This document shows, piece after piece, positions 1-9,256 of a stretch of DNA of 64,000 nucleotides; the stretch's first letter is position 1, and every line of letters begins with the position of its first letter. Position numbers and translations under genes: made by a program. Source of the stretch: an uncultured Candidatus Saccharibacteria bacterium (lineage in GTDB: Bacteria > Patescibacteriota > Minisyncoccia > Phycocordibacterales > JACOZG01); NCBI GenBank assembly GCA_964448295.1, contig CAYUVV010000002.1, positions 19,081 to 83,080 on the forward strand, in the 5' to 3' direction. The notes below the pieces were generated by a model. That model saw only the letters and a list, made by a program, of their open reading frames with translations, ran no database searches and was not told where the DNA came from.

Positions 1-1973
1 TGCCGGTATTCCTCGGCTTCGGCTTCCAAGCGCGCTCGTTTGCCGCGAATATAACGGCCATACAAAGAACCCAAAGCTCCGCCCGCCGCGCCGCCGACCG
101 CCCCCCCAATCACCGTACCAACTCCGGGTACGATACTGCCAAGAGCTCCGCCGGCAATGAGGCCGGCTTGGGCGCTGGTTAGCCCGATTTGTGTGGGGCC
201 TTCGCCGCGATACATCCTAGCGGCAAAATCTGTGGCGACGGCGGGGCCGAGCTTGGTCTCGATATTTTTAATAACCTTGCCGGTTTCTTTTTGTTTTGCC
301 TCTTCGCTGGCCTCAAACCCGCCTTTTTGCGCCTTGCCGCCGCCGAGGCCTTCGGCTACACCCGCAAATTTCATCACCCTCTTGGCGGTTTTAGAGGCAC
401 GGAAATCAAAACTGGATTTGCCCAACTGCTCGCTGCCGCGTCGGGCCAGGCGTCCGACCCAGCCGGTAACGCCGCGCGCGTTTTCCCATTTGGCGGCCAG
501 TTTAGAGTTGGCAAATTTATGTCCCATCCGTCCAACCGTTTGCCGACCCATAAAACCAAACGACCCGGCCAGCGTTCGACCGAACGACCCGGCCAGCGTT
601 CGACCGACGGTTTTCATCGCCCAGTCGGTGCCGCCGGCGCCCATCTTTTTAGCGATAACAAGCGAGGCGACAAGAAAGATCGTCATTATGACGATTCGGA
701 AAACTGAGATGGTAAAAGCGTCTGCGCCGGTCGCGGGAGGGTTAGTTTTGAGCGCGTCGGTGATGGCGCTGCCCAAAGTGAGCGAGACGTGAATCATCAA
801 AAAAACCGTCGGGGCAAAGAAGGCATCAGAAAGTAGCATCTGCGTCCACTCTTTGCCCCATTTTTCCGTCTTGGGGTTGGTGTACGCGACGAAAGCAAGG
901 GGTGAAACCACGAGTAGAATGAGCAGGCGCACGGCCCTGATGATAAGCAAAAGGCTGATCGTCCCCAACACAAAAATAGAGATGAGAGAAAACAAAATTG
1001 CTAGGGCAGAATTAAACAAAGAAGCGACATCAACTCCGAGGGACATTATGCCGGTGTCGTTAACTGCCGGGGGCAAGCTCATCAGCTGCACCAGTTTCTC
1101 GGCGAAACCTCGGCCCGACAGATTAAAAATCCCGAGCGCAAGGACGTTGGCGGCGTCGATTACCAGCCCCACCAGAACGGCGCTGAAGTTGATGAGCAGA
1201 GCAACGATAATGACGTAAGAGATCGTTTGTTTGGCATCCAGTTTGAGATTAAAAACGAGCCCGGCCGCGGCGTAGAGGAGCATAAAAATAAGACCAAGAT
1301 TGGCAAAATTGCGGATTGTTGCCCAAGCGACATGCACTCCCCCGCTGAGATCGGCCCAAGCGCGGAATTGCTCGATAGACTGATTGATGGCGAATACCAT
1401 CACCGTTTCCCCAATCCAGCCGTTCACGTACGCCACACCTTCGGCTACTATGGTGGCGGTTTTGGCGAGGTAACAGGTGGGGCTCAAACCGCAGTCTCTG
1501 TCTCCGGCAGTGTTTTGGACTCTTATTCTTTCATTAGAAATTCGGTATAGAGATTCCACTATCCCATTTAGGTGTAGCAAGGTCTGTTCTCCCAACGCGC
1601 GCCCCACGTTATACCGCCAATTATTTGATTGATGATTCAACAATTCATCTTGGTCGCGCCGGGCTCTATCAAGTAAAATTCCTAATCGTGAATCATTGAT
1701 TGCTATATCATTTGAACTTAACGGAGATGGAAGTTGTAGCCATAAACGAGCTCTGTTTTCCAATGAATCCACTCCAAAAAATTCGCTTCCGGTCAGCTGG
1801 TCAATCGTTCTTTCCCAGTTAGAAAAGCCGTTGGGCACATTTTCTACCTCCACATCAATGGCTGTGTTTTGAGCAGATCCCTGTTTTGGTTTTGAGAACC
1901 ACAATGCACCAGCCACAGTTCCCAACAGAAGCAGGGCGATGAAGAATTTAGTGGTGGCGGTTTGTTTAGTCAT
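1..1973 (-). CDS. Polytopic membrane protein with a C-terminal glycine-zipper (GxxxG-rich) tail; possibly TrbL/VirB6-like. 3' end truncated by the window edge
   Basis: Reverse-strand frame is open from the ATG at 1973 to position 1 (my manual translation MTKQTATTKFFIALLLLGTVAGALWF..., with several hydrophobic TM stretches and a tail ...GLIAGGALGSIVPGVGTVIGGAVGGAAGGALGSLYG). Its ATG overlaps the upstream TAA (TAATG). It is absent from the ORF track because no stop lies inside the window. The plus-strand ORFs listed here are antisense low-complexity artefacts. Confidence 0.6.
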   Translation of the reverse strand, partial: MTKQTATTKFFIALLLLGTVAGALWFSKPKQGSAQNTAIDVEVENVPNGFSNWERTIDQLTGSEFFGVDSLENRARLWLQLPSPLSSNDIAINDSRLGILLDRARRDQDELLNHQSNNWRYNVGRALGEQTLLHLNGIVESLYRISNERIRVQNTAGDRDCGLSPTCYLAKTATIVAEGVAYVNGWIGETVMVFAINQSIEQFRAWADLSGGVHVAWATIRNFANLGLIFMLLYAAAGLVFNLKLDAKQTISYVIIVALLINFSAVLVGLVIDAANVLALGIFNLSGRGFAEKLVQLMSLPPAVNDTGIMSLGVDVASLFNSALAILFSLISIFVLGTISLLLIIRAVRLLILLVVSPLAFVAYTNPKTEKWGKEWTQMLLSDAFFAPTVFLMIHVSLTLGSAITDALKTNPPATGADAFTISVFRIVIMTIFLVASLVIAKKMGAGGTDWAMKTVGRTLAGSFGRTLAGSFGFMGRQTVGRMGHKFANSKLAAKWENARGVTGWVGRLARRGSEQLGKSSFDFRASKTAKRVMKFAGVAEGLGGGKAQKGGFEASEEAKQKETGKVIKNIETKLGPAVATDFAARMYRGEGPTQIGLTSAQAGLIAGGALGSIVPGVGTVIGGAVGGAAGGALGSLYGRYIRGKRARLEAEAEEYR

Positions 1974-4900
1974 TAAAATGGCGGCTCGTCTTCTGGAGGA
2001 ACACCCAAAGGAACGTTTTGGATTTGTTGGCCGACCTGCCGGCTCTCGTCGGGGCAGACGGGACCAGTGCAGATTTGGTTGTTTTTGTTGAGCGGGCTTT
2101 GGCGCGCGGTTTGCGGTTGGAGAGTCAGATCGTCCCACTGAGCTAGGGCGTTCGCCACCGCGCGGGCGATTGCGGCCTCGTTCACCTCGCTCACGTTTTT
2201 CAACTGATCAAACACGGCGGTAACGAAAGAGGCCAGTTGTTCGGCCCGAACGGCGCCGGGCGTCACTAAGCGGTATTCGCGGCAAGCTACCTGCCGACCA
2301 CCCTCCTCAATCCATTCGTCGCAGGCGATATTGGGCAAAAGGCCGTTGCCGTGAGCGAGCAGTTGGCGATAGTCGTCTTCCACTCGCGCCTCGCGTTCAA
2401 CCTTGAGTTGGTAGGTGGTGAGGGCTTGGCGGTAGAAGGGGTTAGCGTTAATCCGGTTGCGGATCTCTTTATACTCCGCCCACGTTAGTTTATGCGGCTC
2501 TTCGTAAAACCGGCGCATGTCTTCTGGGGATACCCCGATGTTATAGATGTTAAGATCCGGGTCTTGGTTTGATCCTTCCAGCGCGGTAATTAAGAGCGAG
2601 CCGTAGGGTGCGTCGAGTGATAGATTCTCGCGCAGTTCAGTTGTCAATTTTTTTAGTTCCTCTTTCTTTTTTTCCTCGAAAATTTTGCTTGGGATACCAA
2701 ATGCTTCTTGTCGGTTATCTTCGCTTTGGCTCTCGCTATCGTCCGCTATCCCAAGGTCGCTCACCAGCCGACCTCTCAAGATGACGTTTTCAACAAAGGC
2801 GTTTTGGGCGGAAAACAGGGTTTGAGCCGCCGCTTGGCGCGCCGCCGCGTCGTAGTAAAATTCTTTTTCCTCGATTGCTTCCTGAATGCGCCGAATGACG
2901 CGCAAATGAGTGCAGATCTCAACCTGTAAACCGAGCATTTTTTCCGTCATTTCGCGGATAGCGGCGCTCTCGCCTGCAATCTGGCCAGTGTTTTTGGCAA
3001 TCTGGCCAGTGTTGCTTTCGATGCCGCCGCTGATCGAGAGGAGCAGGCCGACCTCGTTCACCGCAAGACCCGGGGCGGCAGGTTTAATGGCGCCGGCGGC
3101 CGTCAGCGCAGCATCGATCGCCTTTTTGGCCGCTTGCTCCAAGATTGGTCCGACGTATGGCACGCCGCCTACCACCGAGGTGATTCCACTCGTAACCACT
3201 GAAGCAAAACCGCCGCTTAAACCGGTGAGAAAACCGTTACCCAAATCGCCCAATGTGGCCGAACCAGCCGGCGCTTGAGCGGCAACGGCGTTGTTGACGG
3301 CCGCCGCTGTTCCCTCTTCCGTCGCCGTGGCGCCGTTCGCCGCTAGGGCCTCCATTTCCGGCCCGACGAGTTGTGGTTCGTCTTCCACGATGGTTTGGTA
3401 ATCAGAGAGATGCATCTCTCCCGGACGGAGAGCAACACCGTCTGGCACGAGAGCGAAGCCGGCCGTGGCGGCGATATTGAAATCGCTTTCTCGAACGTAG
3501 TTGGGCGGGAACGGCCCAACAGTGGTGTCAAAAAAGTCGTCTGGAACCACCACAACCTCTGGCCGGGTCCAGATGGCATCGTGAAGAGCAAAGCCGGCGG
3601 TATTGATACTGCCGGAGAGGCGATCGCCGATACTGATTGCGCTAGCGCTGATGTTGCGGGCAATACCCCAAGTAGATGGGTCGTCTGGATTAATCTGATC
3701 GGCCGGCGGGTAGAGAAATTGTCCCAGTGTGTCGTCAATTGTTTTGGCAACGGTGTCGCCGATACTGTCGAGCAGTTGGTCGGCGCTGTCGGTAATCGAG
3801 TTGATGAAAAGATTGAGCTGATTGTCTACCGCTGATGACACCAGATCCACAATGATGTCATCGAAGGTGTCTATTGCCGTTTCCAAAGCGGCGATCGGCT
3901 CGAAAACGGCGTCAATTACTTTATCAATGTTCTCCTCGATCGAGGCGTTGATCGGATCGGTGAGGGCGTTGCCGATGGCATCGGCCAAGCGGTTGATGTT
4001 TTTCGGGTCAGTTAAGACTTGGGTCATCTGGAGCGCCATTCCCTCAATGATGTCGTCCACCAGTTTGTCGGCGTCGAGCTGCTCCAGCCACTTTAAGAAT
4101 TTGCCGAGTGCGTCAATCTGGGCGACAAGATTGTTGAACAGACCGGTGATCCGCTCAATCGTGTCTGGTACCGAGGCCAGACCCTCGATCAGACCCAAGA
4201 TTGGCCCGAGAAACCCGAGACCGGATGGCCCGGCAAAAATACTTTTCAGATTTTTTATTGCCGCCTCGATGCCGATTTTGGTGCCGGTGAGGGTGTCCGT
4301 CAGGCTTTGTACATGCCCCTGGATGGCGTCGGGAATGGTTTTAGCAATCATTTCTACCAACATCGGGCGATAGTAAGTTTCCAACGTCGGGCGGGCAATC
4401 TGATTGAATTCAAACGTCAGACTATCTTTGAGTGAGTCGCGGAATGCGCCATCAAGCGCCGATGAAATTTCGTTACCGATGAAATCCTCGTTCAGCTCGG
4501 AGGGAAAGCTCTCGCGGAGCGAGGCGCGCACGAGATCAGTAAAGCGTCCGCGATCGCGGCTCGCTTCCGCCAAGGTCAGGTTTTCGCTCGCCAGTCGGCG
4601 CTGGAAATTGCTGGAGAAATTTTGTTCCACTCGTTCAAACATCGTCTCCAGCTTAGGTCGCATATTGGTCCGCAACCTTTCCGACACGCCGTGTTCGAGG
4701 GTTTGGCCGGTCGCCGTGTCAAGTGCTCGCGGGACCGCCTGGAGCTGGATCGCTTCGTCAATTCGGGTTTTAAGGGGCGTGATAATGGGTTCGGTAATCA
4801 GTTGGCCGAGAGTCGGCGGCCGGCCTCGAGCTTCCGCCTGGCAGACGAGATAATCATTTTGCCGGCGTTGACTTAAGACCTGCCGCGCTTTGGCGGTTTG

Positions 4901-5116
4901 GCCGCCGTCGCCTGTGCCTCGCCGCGCCTCAATTAAAGTCCGGGTGTATTCGGGGATATTAAGCGGGTTGTCGGCCTCTCCGCCCAAGCGACGGCTGGTT
5001 GGCGATGGCGGAATGGGTGGCAGAGCGGCGACCACAGTTTGCGGAACGATCATTACCAAGAGACCGAGGCTGGCGACAAGCTGTTTCCCAATAAGTTTGT
5101 TGTTTTTAAAACTCAT
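1973..5116 (-). CDS. Large secreted protein (1047 aa) with signal peptide and long alpha-helical Asp/Ile-rich repeat region; function unknown
   Basis: ORF track. N-terminal MSFKNNKLIGKQLVASLGLLVMIVPQTVVAA looks like a signal peptide. Repetitive D-x-I/L helical segments. Coupled 4-nt (ATGA) to the upstream gene and 1-nt (TAATG) to the downstream gene. Confidence 0.65.
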   Translation of the reverse strand: MSFKNNKLIGKQLVASLGLLVMIVPQTVVAALPPIPPSPTSRRLGGEADNPLNIPEYTRTLIEARRGTGDGGQTAKARQVLSQRRQNDYLVCQAEARGRPPTLGQLITEPIITPLKTRIDEAIQLQAVPRALDTATGQTLEHGVSERLRTNMRPKLETMFERVEQNFSSNFQRRLASENLTLAEASRDRGRFTDLVRASLRESFPSELNEDFIGNEISSALDGAFRDSLKDSLTFEFNQIARPTLETYYRPMLVEMIAKTIPDAIQGHVQSLTDTLTGTKIGIEAAIKNLKSIFAGPSGLGFLGPILGLIEGLASVPDTIERITGLFNNLVAQIDALGKFLKWLEQLDADKLVDDIIEGMALQMTQVLTDPKNINRLADAIGNALTDPINASIEENIDKVIDAVFEPIAALETAIDTFDDIIVDLVSSAVDNQLNLFINSITDSADQLLDSIGDTVAKTIDDTLGQFLYPPADQINPDDPSTWGIARNISASAISIGDRLSGSINTAGFALHDAIWTRPEVVVVPDDFFDTTVGPFPPNYVRESDFNIAATAGFALVPDGVALRPGEMHLSDYQTIVEDEPQLVGPEMEALAANGATATEEGTAAAVNNAVAAQAPAGSATLGDLGNGFLTGLSGGFASVVTSGITSVVGGVPYVGPILEQAAKKAIDAALTAAGAIKPAAPGLAVNEVGLLLSISGGIESNTGQIAKNTGQIAGESAAIREMTEKMLGLQVEICTHLRVIRRIQEAIEEKEFYYDAAARQAAAQTLFSAQNAFVENVILRGRLVSDLGIADDSESQSEDNRQEAFGIPSKIFEEKKKEELKKLTTELRENLSLDAPYGSLLITALEGSNQDPDLNIYNIGVSPEDMRRFYEEPHKLTWAEYKEIRNRINANPFYRQALTTYQLKVEREARVEDDYRQLLAHGNGLLPNIACDEWIEEGGRQVACREYRLVTPGAVRAEQLASFVTAVFDQLKNVSEVNEAAIARAVANALAQWDDLTLQPQTARQSPLNKNNQICTGPVCPDESRQVGQQIQNVPLGVPPEDEPPF

Positions 5117-6042
5117 AGGCCAAGATTGATTTCTGCCCCCTCGTCTGGATTAAAAATAAGACCGTTGGCGCGAAGATAGAGATTTACATTGTTAACGGCA
5201 GCGAAAAAGTTTTCAAAACGTCCAGCCTGCATTTGGCCAGCGGCCAAGGCGACGGCCGGCTCCGTTTCTATTTCTGCCATCAAGGCGGCGCCCGCGGCGA
5301 GTTGCGACAAACTGTTTACTAAATGGAGTTGGAGTGGCGCCGCCGTACGTGGGGTGGCAACGGCGAGCAGTTGCGCCACAGTTTGGCGATAGAGCGCGGC
5401 GGCGATTTCCAGTTTGGTCAGCGCGAGTTCGTCCCCCTCCACCGCGCGGGAGAGCAGAGCGAGCTCGTTTTCTCCAGAAGAGCCATAGACCCGCAGAGAT
5501 GCGGCGATTGCCTCACCATAACGCCGGAGAGATTCTTCATTTTCGCTGTCAGTTAGAAGCAAATCGCTTTCGGTATATTGTTTGGCGGCTTGCCAATTCA
5601 CACCTTCGAGCGGGAGTAATGGCTGGTTCTTTTTGGCAATGGCGTTGCCGACAAGAACGATGGCTTGACCATCGTTGCTAAGGGCTTGGTTACCGTTTGC
5701 CGCTAGGGGGTCACTCCCCCGCTCAATCTCCGGTCCATCTTGTTCGCCGTCGCCGTCGCTATCCGGATTAAGCGGGTCGGTGCCCCATAGATCGGTTTCT
5801 TCCCAGTCGGCCAAGCCGTCGCCGTCGCCGTCGCGCTGTTTTTGCCGGCGAATCACGGTCGGAGTATCGGCTGGCCCACCACGCGCGATTAAGCTATTAT
5901 TGTTTGCACGCTCGGCACTTTCTCTCAACGCCTGATCGCCCAGCCACCACAAGTACGAGCCGCCGGCAACGACGAGCGTAATCAGCAACCAAACCAGCCG
6001 CTTCATCTTCTCAATTATAGTATAGTCAGCGCCGCGTCTCAC
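5113..6042 (-). CDS. Membrane-anchored protein with thrombospondin-type-3-like Ca-binding repeats (DGDGDG...DPLNPDSDGDGEQDG) followed by a helical domain
   Basis: ORF track. N-terminal TM segment (LVWLLITLVVAGGSYLWW) and Asp-rich DxDxDG motifs. First gene of a 3-gene minus-strand operon. Confidence 0.6.
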   Translation of the reverse strand: MRRGADYTIIEKMKRLVWLLITLVVAGGSYLWWLGDQALRESAERANNNSLIARGGPADTPTVIRRQKQRDGDGDGLADWEETDLWGTDPLNPDSDGDGEQDGPEIERGSDPLAANGNQALSNDGQAIVLVGNAIAKKNQPLLPLEGVNWQAAKQYTESDLLLTDSENEESLRRYGEAIAASLRVYGSSGENELALLSRAVEGDELALTKLEIAAALYRQTVAQLLAVATPRTAAPLQLHLVNSLSQLAAGAALMAEIETEPAVALAAGQMQAGRFENFFAAVNNVNLYLRANGLIFNPDEGAEINLGL

Positions 6043-6045
6043 GCT

Positions 6046-6543
6046 CTAATCTGTGGATGATGATATTTGCCAGTTTACTCGTTCGCCAATTTGCAATTTG
6101 TCGGTGAGGGGGTGTGCGGCATTAATTTCGAGCACCCACTTGACAGGCGCGGGGGGAGAAAATGTTTGAGGATAGGTTTGGGGTTTTACGTCGTTTTCCC
6201 AACCAACAACTGTTTGATCCGGCCCGATCCAAATGATATCGAGAGGGAACTTCATCTCTTTCATCCAAAAAGCCGGTTTTTCCGCTCGGTCGAAAATAAA
6301 TAGCATTCCGGTTTCTGCTGGCAGAAACGCCCGGCCCGATAAACCCTGCCGCCGCTCGTTGGGACTGTCGGCGATTTCTACCTTAATCTTCTCGTGGCCA
6401 ACCGTCAGCCAGCCGGTTTCGCGCCCGGCTTGATTCGGCCAGAGAGCGAACAGGGCGGTTAGTGTGGCAAAGATGATTCGTTCAGACAAAACCATTGCTC
6501 TAATGTTAGCGTTTCCGCTCGCGCTTGGGGAGAGAGGCCACAA
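6046..6543 (-). CDS. DUF192 (COG1430) family protein; true start probably the internal Met at about 6495
   Basis: Motifs IADSPNERRQGLSGR ... GMLFIF ... FWMKEMKFPLDIIWIG match DUF192. Overlaps the ksgA 3' end. Confidence 0.7.
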   Translation of the reverse strand: MWPLSPSASGNANIRAMVLSERIIFATLTALFALWPNQAGRETGWLTVGHEKIKVEIADSPNERRQGLSGRAFLPAETGMLFIFDRAEKPAFWMKEMKFPLDIIWIGPDQTVVGWENDVKPQTYPQTFSPPAPVKWVLEINAAHPLTDKLQIGERVNWQISSSTD

Positions 6544-7235
6544 GCGGCAAATCGGCCCGCCAATTCAGGCAGTTTGCCTCCGAGCATTTTCCGCGGATTG
6601 GCAAAGCCACGATGGAGAATGTCAAAAAACCGGTTTTCTGCCGTCGCTGTTGGGAAACGTGCTCGGGCAATGTTATCAATTGCCAGCACCGCTGAATCTA
6701 CTTTTGGCGGTGGCGAAAACTGGCCGCGTTTGACGATTTTTACCAATCGCGGATGGCCATAGGCCTTGATCGAGATCGAGAGCAAGCTTTCCCGTTCGCG
6801 TCCGATAACGCGCTGGGCGACTTCTTTTTGAACCAAGACGACGATAGTTTGAGGCGGATTCTTGCTCGGCAGAACTAAGCGGAAAAATTCGCCGGTGAGA
6901 TAATACGGGAGATTGGCGATTATTTTATAACGTTTACCGAGGATTGATTGATGTTCCGCCGCGCGCCACCAATCACGGAAATCTTGTGTCACAACGGTTA
7001 GCGGCGCAGGAGAACCAATAGCCGCGGCTAGCGCGGCGGCCAAGCGCTCGTCTTTTTCCACCGCGATCACTTGTTTGGCCTTATCAGTGAGAAGGCGGGT
7101 GAGGATGCCGTGTCCCGGGCCTATCTCGAGGACGATATCGTCGGCGTTGAGTTGGGCGGCTTCAACCATCAGCCGGGGAATAGCGTCACGGGTGAGAAAG
7201 TGTTGGCCGAGAGGTGGCGGGCGATGGCGAGTCAT
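6459..7235 (-). CDS. rsmA: 16S rRNA (adenine1518/1519-N6)-dimethyltransferase RsmA/KsgA
   Basis: GQHFL, EIGPGHGILT and NLPY motifs. Confidence 0.9.
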   Translation of the reverse strand: MTRHRPPPLGQHFLTRDAIPRLMVEAAQLNADDIVLEIGPGHGILTRLLTDKAKQVIAVEKDERLAAALAAAIGSPAPLTVVTQDFRDWWRAAEHQSILGKRYKIIANLPYYLTGEFFRLVLPSKNPPQTIVVLVQKEVAQRVIGRERESLLSISIKAYGHPRLVKIVKRGQFSPPPKVDSAVLAIDNIARARFPTATAENRFFDILHRGFANPRKMLGGKLPELAGRFAACGLSPQARAETLTLEQWFCLNESSLPH

Positions 7236-7236
7236 T

Positions 7237-9084
7237 TTAATCGACGGCCAGGTGATTCAAAAATTCCGACGGCCAAGAGGATTGACGACCACCGGCGATC
7301 GCGCGACTCTCGGCGTAAGCCAACGTGAGCGTCTGCCGTGCGCGGGTGACGGCAACGTAGAAGAGCCGTCGTTCCTCGGCGGCGGCCTCGGCCGGGCCGC
7401 GTTCATCGTTATCGCGTGGTCGGCTGGGAAACAAATCTTGTTCCAAACCGGTGATGAACACATTGTCGAATTCGAGACCCTTGGCCGCGTGAATCGTCAT
7501 TAGGCGGACGGGGTTAACTGCGCGCTCGCCCTCCCCTTCTTCGAGGCTGTCTTGGTCCGACACGAGAGCGGCTTCATCGAGCAAGCGCCATAGACCGTCT
7601 GGGGTGGGGTCGGCGTCATAGCGGCCAGCGAGAGCGATTAATTCTTCAAGGTTGCGCCGGCGGTCCAACCCGTTTTCGTCTGGTTCGTCATAAAATTTCA
7701 TCAAACCGGAACGCTCGAGGGTTAGTTTGATTACCGCCGAAGGCGGCTGGTTTGCGGCAGCGGCGATGTCTTCGAGCCGGTTGCGCAGTTCTTGCCAGCG
7801 GCGGCGAGCGGCGGGGCCGAGAGCGCCACCGTCTCCGGCGGCGATTTTGGCAAGCGAGCTTTTGCCGAGTCCGCATGGAGGTCGCGTCGCCGCCCGGGCC
7901 AAACTAAACCAGTCTCCGGGGTTTAACGCCAATTTGAGGTAGGCCAAAGCGTCGCGAATCTCCTGACGGTCGAAAAAGCGCGTGCCGAGCACCTGATAGG
8001 ACAGACCGTGGCGCAGGCAGGCCTCTTCGAGCGCTCGCGATTGGAAATTGGCGCGGTATAAGATGGCCGACGAGGCCGCGGGATTTGTAGCGCGTTGGCT
8101 CAAAATTTCGGCCACCACCAGGTCGGCTTCTTCTGTTTCGTCGGTAGCGATCAATAATTTCACCGGTGCGCCGCCGGTTTGGCGGGTATAAAGATTTTTC
8201 GGTGGACGGTTCGGGTTAGCCGCGATCGCTCGATTAGCCAGATCAAGAATGGGTTTGGTGGAACGATAATTTTCTTCCAAAATAATAATAGTGGTGCCCG
8301 GAAATTCTCGTTCAAAAAGCAGCAGGTTGCGGTAATCGGCGCCACGCCAACTATAGATTGATTGATCGACGTCGCCGACGACACACACGTTGCGCCTCTC
8401 CCCTGCCAAGAGTTTCGTCAATTCATATTGTGGGCCGTTAGTGTCTTGATATTCATCCACGTGCAGATATTGCCACCGGTTTTGGTATTCGGCCAAAATT
8501 GTTGATTCGCGTCGAAACAACAGCAAGGTTTTTAAGATTAGATCGTCAAAGTCGAGTGCTTGGCGTTCGCGGAGGATTTCCTCGTATCTTTGCCAAATTG
8601 GCGACAATCTCTTATTCTCCCACGATTGCGGGTTGCTTTGTCCGCGGTTTTTTTCCCGCGAGATGAGCCGTTGGATTTTTCCTTTAGGGAAAAGCTTACG
8701 ATCAAAACCGAGATTTTGCAGGGCTTGGCCAACCAGTGCCTCCGATTCGTCCCGATCGAGGATTGTAAAATGACGTTTCAGACCGATCAAACCGCCGTGG
8801 AGACGCAAGATTTTTGCTCCGAGCGCGTGGAATGTCGCTATCGTTGGCCCGCCGCCCTCACCGCTCTGGCGACCAAGAGCCTTAACGCGATTGGCGAGTT
8901 CCCGCGCTGCTTTGTTGGTGAAAGTAACGGCGAGGATGCGCTCGGCCGGAACGCCACCGGCGATCAGATTGGCGATCCGGTGGACGATTACCCGCGTTTT
9001 GCCAGCGCCAGCGCCAGCGACCACGAGGAGGGGGCCGTCGCGGTGCTCACTTGCGCTCCTTTGTGCGGGATTGAGGGCTGTCAT
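7237..9084 (-). CDS. uvrD: UvrD/PcrA-family ATP-dependent DNA helicase
   Basis: Walker A AGAGAGKT. UvrD/Rep motifs (TFTNKAA, DEYQDTN, YRS). Confidence 0.85.
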   Translation of the reverse strand: MTALNPAQRSASEHRDGPLLVVAGAGAGKTRVIVHRIANLIAGGVPAERILAVTFTNKAARELANRVKALGRQSGEGGGPTIATFHALGAKILRLHGGLIGLKRHFTILDRDESEALVGQALQNLGFDRKLFPKGKIQRLISREKNRGQSNPQSWENKRLSPIWQRYEEILRERQALDFDDLILKTLLLFRRESTILAEYQNRWQYLHVDEYQDTNGPQYELTKLLAGERRNVCVVGDVDQSIYSWRGADYRNLLLFEREFPGTTIIILEENYRSTKPILDLANRAIAANPNRPPKNLYTRQTGGAPVKLLIATDETEEADLVVAEILSQRATNPAASSAILYRANFQSRALEEACLRHGLSYQVLGTRFFDRQEIRDALAYLKLALNPGDWFSLARAATRPPCGLGKSSLAKIAAGDGGALGPAARRRWQELRNRLEDIAAAANQPPSAVIKLTLERSGLMKFYDEPDENGLDRRRNLEELIALAGRYDADPTPDGLWRLLDEAALVSDQDSLEEGEGERAVNPVRLMTIHAAKGLEFDNVFITGLEQDLFPSRPRDNDERGPAEAAAEERRLFYVAVTRARQTLTLAYAESRAIAGGRQSSWPSEFLNHLAVD

Positions 9085-9256
9085 ATTGGCTTGTTATAGC
9101 AAATTGGCGGCCTATTGGCTTATCCCCAGCGTCCGATTGTCGGCTTTGACCGAGTCCTCTTTTTCGGCTAGGATGATCCCTATCCCCTGTTTTTGTTCCT
9201 AATTTAGGCTTATTTTACCTAACTTACAATTAATTTCTGGCCTGTTTGCCCTGTCC

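Noticed and set aside
157-1550. Plus-strand ORFs 157-792, 189-707, 853-1218 and 1227-1550 from the ORF track
   Set aside because: Low-complexity Pro/Ala/Arg/Ser translations. They lie antisense to a continuous minus-strand frame encoding a convincing multi-TM protein with a glycine-zipper tail and operon coupling. Treated as antisense artefacts.
2708-5129. Numerous plus-strand ORFs (e.g. 3371-3835, 3822-4373, 4404-4853) inside the 1047-aa minus-strand gene
   Set aside because: They overlap a long coherent gene on the opposite strand. High GC produces long spurious antisense ORFs.
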